A stretch of DNA of 64,000 nt from Promethearchaeota archaeon (GTDB taxonomy: Archaea > Asgardarchaeota > Lokiarchaeia > Sigyniarchaeales > SOKP01): the NCBI GenBank assembly GCA_016840165.1, contig JAEOSU010000038.1, positions 25,816 to 89,815 on the forward strand, read 5' to 3'. The notes below the pieces were generated by a model. It did no database searches and was not told the origin of the DNA. It saw only the letters and a list, made by a program, of their open reading frames with translations. Below are positions 28,798 through 39,335 of the stretch, in pieces. Positions within the stretch are counted from its first letter, which is position 1. Each line of letters begins with the position of its first letter. The position numbers were made by a program, and so were the translations under genes.

Positions 28798-28966
28798 GTT
28801 AAATCACCAATGTTATGATCAATTTTCTCTTTAGATTGAGAGTTTTCTCACGATCGTTATAGCACGATTGATTTAATATTAAATAACTTTCGAAATTTAA
28901 TAAATTTAATAATAACTCTTTAAATTAATTAATATTAAATTTTCTAATAATTAATTCAAAAGAAGT

Positions 28967-30466
28967 ATGATGAATGCAATTAATCAATTAAAAGAAGAGT
29001 TCACTGAAATTAGACGACTTCAGTATATCACAGCTCTATTAGGGTGGGATACCCAAGTCAATTTACCTCCAGGTTCATATAAAGGACGATCAGAGCAAGT
29101 TTCAATTATGGAAAAGATTACCCATGAAAAGCTAATTTCTGAAAAAATTGGTAAACTAATTTCAGAATGTGAAAAAATATCTGATTTAGATACAATAGAC
29201 TCTGCTATGGTAAGAGAAGCAAGAAGACTATATGATCATGAAGTAAAAATCCCTACAGAACTCGTTATAGAAATAGCGAAAACAAGTATATTAAGTCATC
29301 AAGCTTGGGAAAAGGCAAAAGAAAAGAGTGATTTTTCTATATTTGAGCCGTTACTTTCAAAAATGATTGAGCTTGAAATCGAAGTAGCAAAAAAATTGGA
29401 TACTGGACCTACATTATATTCCACATTAATAGATTTATATGAACCGGGTGCTACTTATAGCTGGATTAAATCTGTTTTTGATGGATTGAAACCGAGACTC
29501 GTAAGTATTATAGATAAGTTAACTTCTTCTAATGATAAACCAAACTTTTCAATACTGACTCGAAAATATGATCCTAAAAAGCAATGGGATTTTAGTGTTG
29601 AGGTTGTAAAGAAACTACAATTTGATACTAATTTCGGACGACAAGATAAATCAGTACATCCTTTTACGACAACATTATCTTCAACTGATACTCGAATAAC
29701 TACTCGAATAAATGAAAATTTCTTCTCCCCAGGTATATTCGGTTCAATTCATGAATGTGGTCATGCTCTTTATGAAATGGGCTTTAAAAAAGAAATTCAC
29801 GATACAATATTGGCTGATGGAGCATCAATGGGAATCCACGAATCCCAATCACGGATGTATGAGAATATAATCGGGAGAAGTAAAGAATTTTGGACTCATT
29901 TCTTTCCAATTCTTAAAAATAATTATTTTAAAGATACATTGAAAGATGTTAATTTAGATGAATTTCACCGAGCTATTAATACTGTACAACCTTCATTCAT
30001 CCGAGTTGAGGCTGATGAAGTTACTTATGCTTTACATATAATCCTTCGATTTGAAATCGAGCATGACATCATTGAAGGTAAAATTGAGAGTGCAGAGATC
30101 CCGACAATTTGGAATGAAAAGTTCGAAAAACTATTTGGCCTTCAGGTTATGAAAGATTCTGATGGAATGCTTCAAGATGTTCATTGGTCTGGTGGAGCCT
30201 TCGGCTATTTCCCTACATATGCACTAGGGAATCTATATGGCGCACAAATTTATTCAGATGCTTTGAGAAAACACCCTTCTTTACCTGAAGACTACAAAAA
30301 AGGAGATTTTACAAACATTTTAGCCTACCTAAGAGAAAATGTACATCAACATGGAAAGATATATCAACCACGAGACTTAGTAAAAAGAATAACTAATGAG
30401 GATTTAAACCCCGATTACTTTATAGAATATATTGAGAATAAATTTTATCCAATCTACAAAATTTAA
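28967..30466 (+). CDS. Carboxypeptidase, peptidase family M32
   Basis: HPF, HECGH, HESQ, IRVEADE, QDVHW, GYFPTYALG. Confidence 0.96.
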   Translation: MMNAINQLKEEFTEIRRLQYITALLGWDTQVNLPPGSYKGRSEQVSIMEKITHEKLISEKIGKLISECEKISDLDTIDSAMVREARRLYDHEVKIPTELVIEIAKTSILSHQAWEKAKEKSDFSIFEPLLSKMIELEIEVAKKLDTGPTLYSTLIDLYEPGATYSWIKSVFDGLKPRLVSIIDKLTSSNDKPNFSILTRKYDPKKQWDFSVEVVKKLQFDTNFGRQDKSVHPFTTTLSSTDTRITTRINENFFSPGIFGSIHECGHALYEMGFKKEIHDTILADGASMGIHESQSRMYENIIGRSKEFWTHFFPILKNNYFKDTLKDVNLDEFHRAINTVQPSFIRVEADEVTYALHIILRFEIEHDIIEGKIESAEIPTIWNEKFEKLFGLQVMKDSDGMLQDVHWSGGAFGYFPTYALGNLYGAQIYSDALRKHPSLPEDYKKGDFTNILAYLRENVHQHGKIYQPRDLVKRITNEDLNPDYFIEYIENKFYPIYKI

Positions 30467-30576
30467 CTCTTTTTTATTTTTTTAAATTTAAAAATTGAAT
30501 ATTGATGAATTTAGATACTAAAAGGTATGCTGAAAAATTATTAATTCTATTAGGTAATAAAATTTTTCAAATATAT

Positions 30577-31239
30577 TTAGAATTCCTTGCGTATGAATAA
30601 AAATGATGAAATTGAAAGTAAGGATATAGGAATCGCGATTCCTATAACAGCTGCAAAAATAAACGGGTTTATGATATTAATAAATAATACTGGTAAAATG
30701 GAAAGTGCCGAGAGTTGATTACCAAGATATACAGATAAAATTGCTGCAACAGGAACCGAAGAAATGGTAATCCCAAATAACAGCCCAATCGAACATGAGA
30801 TTGCAATTGCCGCTAAACTTATAGCTAAAGATTCAAAAAGAGTAATTATCACCCCCTCTGTTAACCCACCAATCGTTATATAATCAATAATTAACCCTAA
30901 AGTTAGAGAGATGATAATAGCAATGACCAAACAAAAATATACAGCTATAAACTTTGCAATTAAAATAGTTATGCGGTTTATAGGTCTAATAAGGAATAAA
31001 TCATATACTTTCTGAGTGATTTCACTCGTTAATGAAGTACTAAGCATTGCAGAAGCAAGGGTTCCCCCTATTGTTGAAACTACAATTGATACAAGAACGG
31101 AAAAGGGGAATTCCTCCATATCAGGCTGAAAAAAATGCATAAGAATAGTCAATATAGGTAGACCAACCCATAATACAATCATAACTTTGGATTTATAAAA
31201 CCCACGCAATTCATCGAAAAATAGTATAAAGAATTTCAA
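30577..31239 (-). CDS. ABC-2 type transporter permease
   Basis: 6 TM; E...K.YDLFLIRPI.R...LIAKF. Confidence 0.85.
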   Translation of the reverse strand: MKFFILFFDELRGFYKSKVMIVLWVGLPILTILMHFFQPDMEEFPFSVLVSIVVSTIGGTLASAMLSTSLTSEITQKVYDLFLIRPINRITILIAKFIAVYFCLVIAIIISLTLGLIIDYITIGGLTEGVIITLFESLAISLAAIAISCSIGLLFGITISSVPVAAILSVYLGNQLSALSILPVLFINIINPFIFAAVIGIAIPISLLSISSFLFIRKEF

Positions 31240-32246
31240 TGCATATCACCACTTATATAATTTAAATAAACTTTTTCAAGAGATGGTTTTAAAAATCTGA
31301 AGCTTCTGATATAACATTTTTGTTGAAAAATACTTCCTAAAATTTTATGGGAAATTTCATCAAGATCTGCTTCAGGATGTAAATAAAGCAATTGTTTTAG
31401 GTTGGACGCTACTTCAATTTTCTCGATTTCTTCAATATTTTCTAAATCTTTACAAATGTGTCCCTCTTTAGCATAAATTATTTCGATAATTTTTCCTACT
31501 TGGAATTGTTCCTGCAATTCAGTGGGAGTCCCAATCTTCATAATTTCACCCTGGTTTAAAATCCCTATTTTATTTGCAATATCTTCTACATCATTAAGGA
31601 TGTGGGATGAAAACAAAATTGTAATTTCTTTCTTAGCTAAAGCCTTTATAAGCGATTTAATCTGAAATCTGCTAGCAGGATCTAAGCCAGAGAGCGGTTC
31701 ATCTAAAATAAGTATTTTAGGTAAATTCAATAGAGCTTGTGCTAAGCGAAGTTTCTGGATCATGCCACTTGAAAGATGTTTAACTTTTTTTTCTTTAAAC
31801 TCATAAAGACCCACGAAGCTTAACAGGGAATCGATTCTATTTTTAAGTTTGATTTTATCTATCCCTGAAAGCCTTCCAAACGTATATAAGGCATGATTGA
31901 CTGTTCGCCAAGTTTGAAATCCTGTATCTTGTGGATGATAACCTAATATTTTAAATAAGTTATTCTGCTTTTTTGATATTAATTTACTGTTTATTAAATA
32001 ATTTCCTGAATAGTCCTTGATTAATCCTACCATAATCTTAATAGTTGTAGTTTTCCCAGCACCATTAGGACCTATATAGCCAAATATATCCCCCCTTTTT
32101 ATCTCTAGAGAAACATTTTTTAATGCAGTTATGGTTTTGTATTTTTTAAAAATATTTTGAAACTTTAGATCTTGAAATGTGTTCTCCTCTAAGTCCTCTT
32201 CATATTCATCAAGAAAATTATCTAAATTCCTTGTTTCAAGTGCCAT
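31236..32246 (-). CDS. ABC transporter ATP-binding protein
   Basis: GPNGAGKTT, LSSGM, ILDEP, SSH. Confidence 0.95.
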   Translation of the reverse strand: MALETRNLDNFLDEYEEDLEENTFQDLKFQNIFKKYKTITALKNVSLEIKRGDIFGYIGPNGAGKTTTIKIMVGLIKDYSGNYLINSKLISKKQNNLFKILGYHPQDTGFQTWRTVNHALYTFGRLSGIDKIKLKNRIDSLLSFVGLYEFKEKKVKHLSSGMIQKLRLAQALLNLPKILILDEPLSGLDPASRFQIKSLIKALAKKEITILFSSHILNDVEDIANKIGILNQGEIMKIGTPTELQEQFQVGKIIEIIYAKEGHICKDLENIEEIEKIEVASNLKQLLYLHPEADLDEISHKILGSIFQQKCYIRSFRFLKPSLEKVYLNYISGDMH

Positions 32247-32404
32247 ATTTAGTTTATACTTTTCTAATTGGTATATACATTTTAAATATTACAAATAAAC
32301 ATGATTTATAATATTTTTTTAAAGATTTGAGAATTCAAACTCAGATTTATATATATATCCTTTTATAGTTTATTAAATTATTAATGCTTTAATTAAAATT
32401 AATT

Positions 32405-33391
32405 ATGTTTGTTTCAGAAATCAACATTAAACTTGGTATACTAGGGCTTTGGTCTTCTGGTAAAACTTCAATGGTGAACTTGTTCCTCAATAAGGAGTTT
32501 CCCGATATCTATATCCCTACAATTGGATCTAATATTGTCAGAAAAGAATATCAATTAGAAAATTATCAAATTAGAATTAATATTTGGGATGTGGGTGGAC
32601 AAAAAAGTTTTAATCCTCTCAATCCCGCATACTTCAGTAATTTGGATATAGTATTTCTTGTATTTGATTTATCTAATTTAAAAGAAACTCTTGTAGAATT
32701 AAAAAAGACCTATTTAAAATCGTTAAATAAATTATCTCCAGATTCTATTCGATTTTTAATTGGAAATAAATCGGATCTTATAAAACCCGAAGATTCTGAT
32801 ATTTTACTCAATAATATTAGACAATATGGAATTGAGGGTATACCAATAATTTTTGTATCAGCAAAAACTCGCGATAATCTTACAGAAGCATTTGAATTAA
32901 TAATCTTTGAATTTCTCAAAAAATTGGAAAATGAAAGCAAAAAACAACAGATCCAAGGATTAAGCGAAGAATTTTTACATAATTTAGGAAAAAATGAAGA
33001 AAATTTGTATAACTTACTAATTAATTTAGATGAAGTAGACTCTACGAGTATATATCAAAAAATTAGTCCTCAAATAGTTAAAAGAGTAATAAAAACAAAG
33101 GATAGAAAAGAAGAAATTAGGAAAAAAGAATTAGAGCCTACTATTAGTTTTCCTGAAGAGTTTTTTATTGTTGATAAAATTAAATCGAATGTAATGAAAT
33201 TATTTTATAATAATTTAAATTCGGTTCAAGAGTTAATTTTAAGTTTAAAGAGTACTCCAATTGATTATTTAATTAACAGAATCGATCTTGTTAATGATGA
33301 ACTCAATGGAATAAAAGATGATTTTGAGCTCAAACTGAATTCACTCTTTAACTTGAGAAAAAAAGGATTAGATTCGTATAAAAACGACTAA
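32405..33391 (+). CDS. Rab/Ras-like small GTPase with C-terminal helical extension
   Basis: G1 GLWSSGKTS, G2 PTIG, G3 WDVGGQ, G4 NKSD, G5 SAK. Confidence 0.9.
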   Translation: MFVSEINIKLGILGLWSSGKTSMVNLFLNKEFPDIYIPTIGSNIVRKEYQLENYQIRINIWDVGGQKSFNPLNPAYFSNLDIVFLVFDLSNLKETLVELKKTYLKSLNKLSPDSIRFLIGNKSDLIKPEDSDILLNNIRQYGIEGIPIIFVSAKTRDNLTEAFELIIFEFLKKLENESKKQQIQGLSEEFLHNLGKNEENLYNLLINLDEVDSTSIYQKISPQIVKRVIKTKDRKEEIRKKELEPTISFPEEFFIVDKIKSNVMKLFYNNLNSVQELILSLKSTPIDYLINRIDLVNDELNGIKDDFELKLNSLFNLRKKGLDSYKND

Positions 33392-33407
33392 ATTGAGGTG
33401 AAATAAA

Positions 33408-33926
33408 ATTCCAAAAACGGAAAAAACTGATAATGATGAGATTAATGTTCAGAATAATTTTAAAGAACAAATAAAACAACTTGAAATCAAAATAAAAGAT
33501 TTAAAAGAAGAAGTGGCTAAGAATCAAAAAGAAATGCTCCAGCGAATAGAAGAGACAATAAAAACCCAAGAGGAAATCATAATGGACATGATTAAAAAAT
33601 TCAATAATGAGTTTTATCAACATAAAACCAATGTTTTAGAGGACTTAGAGCATATTAAAAATCAGCAAGATGTTCTCAAAATCTCTTATACGGTAAATGA
33701 GAAAAAGCTTTTAGATAAAATAGAAAAAATCGTAATTAAAAAAGTTCATGAAAAAATTAATGGAAGGGAAAATGAAATTTTAATGAAAATTTGGGTAGAA
33801 GAATTTAAAGATATCATAGCTAATTTTGAAAAACTGAAAAAAGTAGACCCCAAAGAATTTAAAATTCGATTAAAAGAAATAACTGACACTATTGAAATGT
33901 TTAAATCTAAAATACTAATTGAATAA
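33408..33926 (+). CDS. Coiled-coil protein; probable ATT start at 33408
   Basis: Frame open 35 codons upstream of GTG 33513; SD GAGGTG at 33395-33400. Confidence 0.65.
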   Translation: MPKTEKTDNDEINVQNNFKEQIKQLEIKIKDLKEEVAKNQKEMLQRIEETIKTQEEIIMDMIKKFNNEFYQHKTNVLEDLEHIKNQQDVLKISYTVNEKKLLDKIEKIVIKKVHEKINGRENEILMKIWVEEFKDIIANFEKLKKVDPKEFKIRLKEITDTIEMFKSKILIE

Positions 33927-33932
33927 GAAAAA

Positions 33933-35072
33933 TTAATTTAATTTTGGAGGAGGAACATAGACTCTTCTCATACCCTCAATTAATCTAATAGCATTTTCAG
34001 GGCAGAAATGTGCACAAACACCACAACCAATGCAAATTTTCTCATTTACTTCTGCAATATTTTCAGTATTCAAATGAATTGCCTCTACAGAACACTTTTC
34101 TACACAAATACCACATCCAGTACAAAGATCCTCATCAATAGAAGAGAGATAATTTGTGGAATTTATCATTGCTGTCATTCCACCCCTCCACCAATCGAGC
34201 GTTCCACAACAACATTTGCAACAGTTACATACACTTGTTTCGGCTTTTTGAATATCTGAATGTGGATGAAATGCCTTATGAACCAAACCATCTTGTTCAG
34301 ACTGCTTCATTATTTTTAAGGCCTCCTCTTTCGAAACTAATCTAGCAAATCCTTGTTCGGAAACGAATCTAGCTGATTTCCCGAAAGTAAAACAATTTTC
34401 TCTTAATTGAGTCTGCTTACATGGCTCTCCTAGTAAATCTTTGTGATTTCGGCAGAAACAATGACCCACGGCAATATCATCAAATTTTAGTATCAAATCT
34501 TCTATTCTTTGGGTCGGAATAATGTCTTCTTCGGGAACTTCTAAATTCTCATTAACGATAATCTGAACTTCATCTCCCGATATGTTTTTTTCTAAAAGGG
34601 GTAATGTCCTGTCAAAAGGGCGCATTTTTTCGAAGATCGGAATGATAGAGTCATAATTCATTTGTATAAAATCTTCAACCTCATCAAAATAACTAGCAAA
34701 TAACTCAGCAAGAGCTTTTTCATCTGCGGTATGCTGAATTTTTCCCATGAATGTGTATTCAAAAGCACCAACCATTACTAAAGGCATTAATCGATATACC
34801 ATAATCCCTTCAGAATTTGGTTGATTAAAGATATAACCTTTCTTTGCTAATGATTTGACAAGACGAAAAATTTGATCATCAGGCATCTTGCTACTTTTTC
34901 TTAATTCTTCAAGAGTTTGGGAAACCTTTCTTCTAAAGGCTTCAACCAAGGCTAATTCATCTTCATTAATCATTTGTTTAATGATACTAATTAAAGTCTC
35001 ATTAATAGGAAAAGGAAGTGAACCCGCCTTAATTATAATACGTGCGGCTTTATTATATTGTTCGACTGACAA
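33933..35072 (-). CDS. 4Fe-4S dicluster protein with N-terminal winged-helix-like region
   Basis: CFCR, CNCCKCCC, CTGCGICVEKC, CIGCGVCAHFCP. Confidence 0.88.
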   Translation of the reverse strand: MSVEQYNKAARIIIKAGSLPFPINETLISIIKQMINEDELALVEAFRRKVSQTLEELRKSSKMPDDQIFRLVKSLAKKGYIFNQPNSEGIMVYRLMPLVMVGAFEYTFMGKIQHTADEKALAELFASYFDEVEDFIQMNYDSIIPIFEKMRPFDRTLPLLEKNISGDEVQIIVNENLEVPEEDIIPTQRIEDLILKFDDIAVGHCFCRNHKDLLGEPCKQTQLRENCFTFGKSARFVSEQGFARLVSKEEALKIMKQSEQDGLVHKAFHPHSDIQKAETSVCNCCKCCCGTLDWWRGGMTAMINSTNYLSSIDEDLCTGCGICVEKCSVEAIHLNTENIAEVNEKICIGCGVCAHFCPENAIRLIEGMRRVYVPPPKLN

Positions 35073-35246
35073 TTTTGTTCAATAAATTTTGTCTGTAATA
35101 TTACTTCGTTAAATGATATATATCATTAATAGGTTTCATTTAAGAATTATTGGACTACTAATATTATAAAATAAATAGAAATTTTATTATAATTAAATAG
35201 GTTGTTTAAAAAAACCTTTTATATAAAAATTTCTGATATATTCATC

Positions 35247-35828
35247 ATGTCGCAATCTAATATTATAATAAAATTAAAAAATGATGCAGAAGCGGTATAT
35301 GCATTTCCAAATAAGAAAAAGGAATTTTTCATTGATTTATTCAATGCGAGTCCAAATTATTTACCTCAAGCAAAAATAAGAATTGAAGGTCCTCCCGAAG
35401 TTAAAATGCTTGTGAAATCTGAATGGTATGGAGGTGTACCGGCTGGACAATCCAAAAGACGCCTATATAGTATTATTCCAAAAGAAGAAGGAATATTTCA
35501 ATTTACTGCCTCTCTCACTAGTAAAACAAGACCAATAATCGATATCCCTTTCGAGGTAAGGGTAGGGAACGTTGCTGTGACTCCATTATTATCAAAACCT
35601 CCAACAACACCAAACGCTACTAAAGTAATGCAGAAAATCAACTGTCCTTACTGTCACGAATTAATTGACGATGATGCGTCTTTTTGTCCCCATTGTGGCT
35701 CAAGTATTCAACAAAAATTGGAGGAATCTAAAAAGGATGGAAAGGATACTAAGTTTTGTACAAAATGCGGCACCGAGCTTCCCATAGATGCAAAATTCTG
35801 TGCTAAATGTGGCACTAAATTAAAATAA
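35247..35828 (+). CDS. Ig-like N-terminal domain + double zinc-ribbon protein
   Basis: CPYC..FCPHCG, FCTKCG..FCAKCG; ATG 35247 lies ~20-25 nt after a TTTTATATA box. Confidence 0.75.
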   Translation: MSQSNIIIKLKNDAEAVYAFPNKKKEFFIDLFNASPNYLPQAKIRIEGPPEVKMLVKSEWYGGVPAGQSKRRLYSIIPKEEGIFQFTASLTSKTRPIIDIPFEVRVGNVAVTPLLSKPPTTPNATKVMQKINCPYCHELIDDDASFCPHCGSSIQQKLEESKKDGKDTKFCTKCGTELPIDAKFCAKCGTKLK

Positions 35829-35985
35829 ATACCTCTAATCTTTATTTTTATTGTTTACTGCTTTCATCACTAATTAAAATGACGCCAGAGTGTTTTCTCT
35901 AGAAATATAGAATAATATTTTTAAGCGAAAATAATATTATAGTCTGATATATACTGGGATTTTATAATTCATTTCAAAATTCAAT

Positions 35986-38178
35986 TTGAAATCTGATATG
36001 AAACTAACAAACCTAAAAATTAATGATTTTTTTAATGAAATTGATAAATTCACATTTTTGGTAGGCGCTGGATGTTCTATTGACAGTCCTTCTAACCTTC
36101 CTGCTGGTTTTGCGATGATGGAAGCCTTAATTGAACATACATGCCATCAATCAGAGTGGAAAGGTATTATTGAGCTTATGAAATCGGGACAATTGCGATT
36201 TGAAACCCTCGTTGAGATTATACGAGATCAATTAGATCCCACGCTTGAACTCATTGATTTCTATGGAATGTGCGATAAACCAAATATTCAACATTTTTTC
36301 TTAGCTGATATGTTAATAAAAGGTCATTTTGTAATGACCACTAATTTCGATCATTTGATTGAATATGCCCTAAATCATTCAGGTATACCTTTAGGAGATA
36401 TTGTTCCGATAATAACTAGAGAAGATTTTGAAAGATATACTGACCCTTATGAGTTACTAAATCAAGGAAAGAAGCTAGTTTATAAAGTTCATGGCTCTCC
36501 TACGAACTTAATAACTAAACAATCCACAAAAGATTCTTTAATAGCTACAATTCAGGCTTTTGGTTCAAATAAAGAAGCAGAAAACGTTTTTCAACTTGAA
36601 TCATTTAAACAACCTGCATTTGAAAACATCACTAAAGAACGTTCATTAGTTGTTATTGGATATTCAGGTAGCGATGACTTTGACATAGTTCCTACATTAG
36701 CAGTGTTAAGACAATTAAAGAATGTGATTTGGATTAACTATTCAAATGACATCAAAATGGGAAATGAGCAGATTTATGAGATTAATGAGAATACTTCTCA
36801 ATCATTAAATAAACTGGATTTGAATTTGAAAAAAGTAGTCCAGATCCTCTTAAAAATATGGCAGGCTCGAAATACTGAACATGTTTATTTAGTTAATGTC
36901 AATACATCCACTCTAGCCGAAGAGTTAATTGAATCCAAACCAAAGCTAAGTGTAGAAGACTTTTCCTTACAACCGACCGCTTATCTCAATAGAATTTATC
37001 CTGATGTAGAGGACGCTTTAAAATTCTATATACCTTACAAAATATATATTGATAAGGATTTATATGATAATGCTTTACCTTGTCTCAAAAAGTTACTTCG
37101 CGTTGCTGAAGATACAGATGATAAGAACTGGAAAATACTTACTCTGAATAATATTGGAGAACTTTATCATTCAATAGGAAATTATGCTGATGCTCTAACT
37201 AATTTAGAAAATGCATTGGAACTGGCTAAAAATTTAGGTAGTATATTTGGAATAAATATTAAATCCACTATCTTTAATAATTTAGCAACCGTTTATTCGA
37301 GCAGAAGAGACTATCCAGCTGCCATTAATTATTATAAGGACGCTGCGAGGATTCTTAGGCAAAATGGTAATTTGCATGGCACGATGGTTAATTTAAATAA
37401 TGTCGGAGATATTTATCGGACACAGGATCGCTTTCCTGAAGCGTTGAAATATTATGAAGAGGCATTAGATATTGCCAATCAAATTGGAGATATAAATGCT
37501 CGTGGTTTAATATTGAACAACAGTGGAACTATGTATGTCAGTCAGAGAAACTATTTAGAAGCAGAAAAACGATATAATGAAGCTTTAAAAATCTCAAAAC
37601 AATTAGGTGATAGAAGCTTAAATTCATCTTGTCTCCTTAATATCGGTAATCTAAGGCGAATCCAAGGGAATACCCAGGAAGCCTCCAGGTTATTCAATGA
37701 AGCACTTATCATAGCAGAAGAGATTGGAGATGTTGAAGCTAAATCCTCAATATTAGAGTACATTAAATTGAATAATCAACAAACTTCGGGAACACAAAAG
37801 GCACTTCTTTCTAAAGATATTGGCGTGGTAACTGAGGATATTGACTGCCATCCAAAATGGACTAATAACGATATAAAGAGTTTTATTAAAGGTTTTACCG
37901 AAGGTTTTTTTAATGAATTTCGAGATTCACTTAATTGGCAACGTATAAAAGTCGTTTATGAAGAACTCGATTCAAATACTTTTACAATCTCATCTGGTTC
38001 TCCAATAAAAGCAACGTTTCAAATATTAGAAAAAAGTAAGAAGAAAAAGATGCTTCAAATTAAATGGGAGGAGCGGAGTGACATAGCTAGGTCTGTATGG
38101 ATTGGCATAGTTAAACAATTTAGAATTGTTTTCTCAAATCCGGGGCTTAAATCCATTCAAAAATTAATAAAAAAATAA
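35986..38178 (+). CDS. SIR2-like (SIR2_2) domain + TPR repeats + uncharacterised C-terminal domain
   Basis: LVGAGCS, TTNFD, KVHGS, IGYSGSD; ~6 TPRs (LNNIGELY..G.Y..AL..). Confidence 0.88.
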   Translation: MKSDMKLTNLKINDFFNEIDKFTFLVGAGCSIDSPSNLPAGFAMMEALIEHTCHQSEWKGIIELMKSGQLRFETLVEIIRDQLDPTLELIDFYGMCDKPNIQHFFLADMLIKGHFVMTTNFDHLIEYALNHSGIPLGDIVPIITREDFERYTDPYELLNQGKKLVYKVHGSPTNLITKQSTKDSLIATIQAFGSNKEAENVFQLESFKQPAFENITKERSLVVIGYSGSDDFDIVPTLAVLRQLKNVIWINYSNDIKMGNEQIYEINENTSQSLNKLDLNLKKVVQILLKIWQARNTEHVYLVNVNTSTLAEELIESKPKLSVEDFSLQPTAYLNRIYPDVEDALKFYIPYKIYIDKDLYDNALPCLKKLLRVAEDTDDKNWKILTLNNIGELYHSIGNYADALTNLENALELAKNLGSIFGINIKSTIFNNLATVYSSRRDYPAAINYYKDAARILRQNGNLHGTMVNLNNVGDIYRTQDRFPEALKYYEEALDIANQIGDINARGLILNNSGTMYVSQRNYLEAEKRYNEALKISKQLGDRSLNSSCLLNIGNLRRIQGNTQEASRLFNEALIIAEEIGDVEAKSSILEYIKLNNQQTSGTQKALLSKDIGVVTEDIDCHPKWTNNDIKSFIKGFTEGFFNEFRDSLNWQRIKVVYEELDSNTFTISSGSPIKATFQILEKSKKKKMLQIKWEERSDIARSVWIGIVKQFRIVFSNPGLKSIQKLIKK

Positions 38179-38236
38179 TTATAAACTCTGACCTTATTAA
38201 AATACTTTTTTTAATAATAAATTATAGTGAGTAATA

Positions 38237-38563
38237 ATGATAAAGACAATTAATTGTGACCCCTTTTGGGATCCTCAAAAGATTAGAATTGCTATTAAAG
38301 CATCTTTAGAGAATTTTCTTAATATTATGAGAGAACAAAGAATATTTAATTTAGGAGAAAATACCTATTTTGAGGAAGTTCCTCCAAATGATCTTCAAAT
38401 TTCAGCAGGTGCATCATTCAGCGGTTTAGCTAAAATATTAAAGGGTTCAGAAGAGAGATACTCAGTTAAAATTCAATATGATGTGAATAGTTATATGAAT
38501 AAGTCATTATGGGAAGGTTATTTTAATATATTAGAAGACCAATTAACCAAACCTTTAGAATAA
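38237..38563 (+). CDS. Stand-alone copy of the SIR2-TPR C-terminal domain
   Basis: INCDPFW...EE...N...I..G...S....SLW aligns with IDCHPKW...EE...N...I..G...S....SVW. Confidence 0.75.
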   Translation: MIKTINCDPFWDPQKIRIAIKASLENFLNIMREQRIFNLGENTYFEEVPPNDLQISAGASFSGLAKILKGSEERYSVKIQYDVNSYMNKSLWEGYFNILEDQLTKPLE

Positions 38564-38677
38564 CGATTTCATTGACATAGAATACAGATAAATATTTTTT
38601 TTAGTTATTACTGACATTTAAGTCATAAAAACCGCCTAGGTAAAAACCTTATATAGACAATTTGTATAGATAATAAT

Positions 38678-39025
38678 ATGCCAAAAACAATAAAATGTCA
38701 CCAAGATTGGCAGATTAATCTTGTTATAGAAACTACAAAGTCAGCGGTAGAAGCTTACCTCAATGCATTAAGGGGTAGGCGAATGTTTAAATTTATTGGA
38801 GATCAATCAACTGTTACTGATGAAGCGTCCAATATCTTTACAATCGTTTCAGGTAAGCAATTTATTGGGAGATTTCAGATAATTGATGAACCAGATGGAT
38901 TAATAGTCAAAATTGATTATGAAAAGAGTGGTAAAAAGGCGAAACAATTACTTTGGAATAATATTTTTGATGTCTTAGAGAGCAACTTCACGAAATCACT
39001 AGATCAAGTGCAATCTGGAAGTTAA
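38678..39025 (+). CDS. Second stand-alone copy of the same domain
   Basis: IKCHQDW...SNIFTIVSG...FQI...LLW...FTK. Confidence 0.75.
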   Translation: MPKTIKCHQDWQINLVIETTKSAVEAYLNALRGRRMFKFIGDQSTVTDEASNIFTIVSGKQFIGRFQIIDEPDGLIVKIDYEKSGKKAKQLLWNNIFDVLESNFTKSLDQVQSGS

Positions 39026-39335
39026 TGAAATATGTAATTACTTTTTTTTAAAATTTTATTTTCTCATACTTATTAGCAAGGGACAGGCAGAAATTATGGC
39101 TATGGAACATATATTTGTAACATTGATGGTGGGGAATTTGGAAACTCTTTCATTTAAAATAAATCTATTATCTTCTTAATAATATTCATCTATTTCCCTT
39201 TATTTTGTCATTCAATTTTAAGAGATAATTGAGTATTAATAAAAAGGTTAAAAATACTTTCGAATCTTACTTATTTCAAATTATTTATTTTACTTTGTAA
39301 CCCAAATTATTTTCATTTTAAGTAGGTGAAAAAGG

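Noticed and set aside
39070-39165. Slightly GC-richer intergenic patch with a short open frame (QGTGRNYGYGTYICNIDGGEFG)
   Set aside because: Too short and has no start context; may be a gene remnant but cannot be supported.
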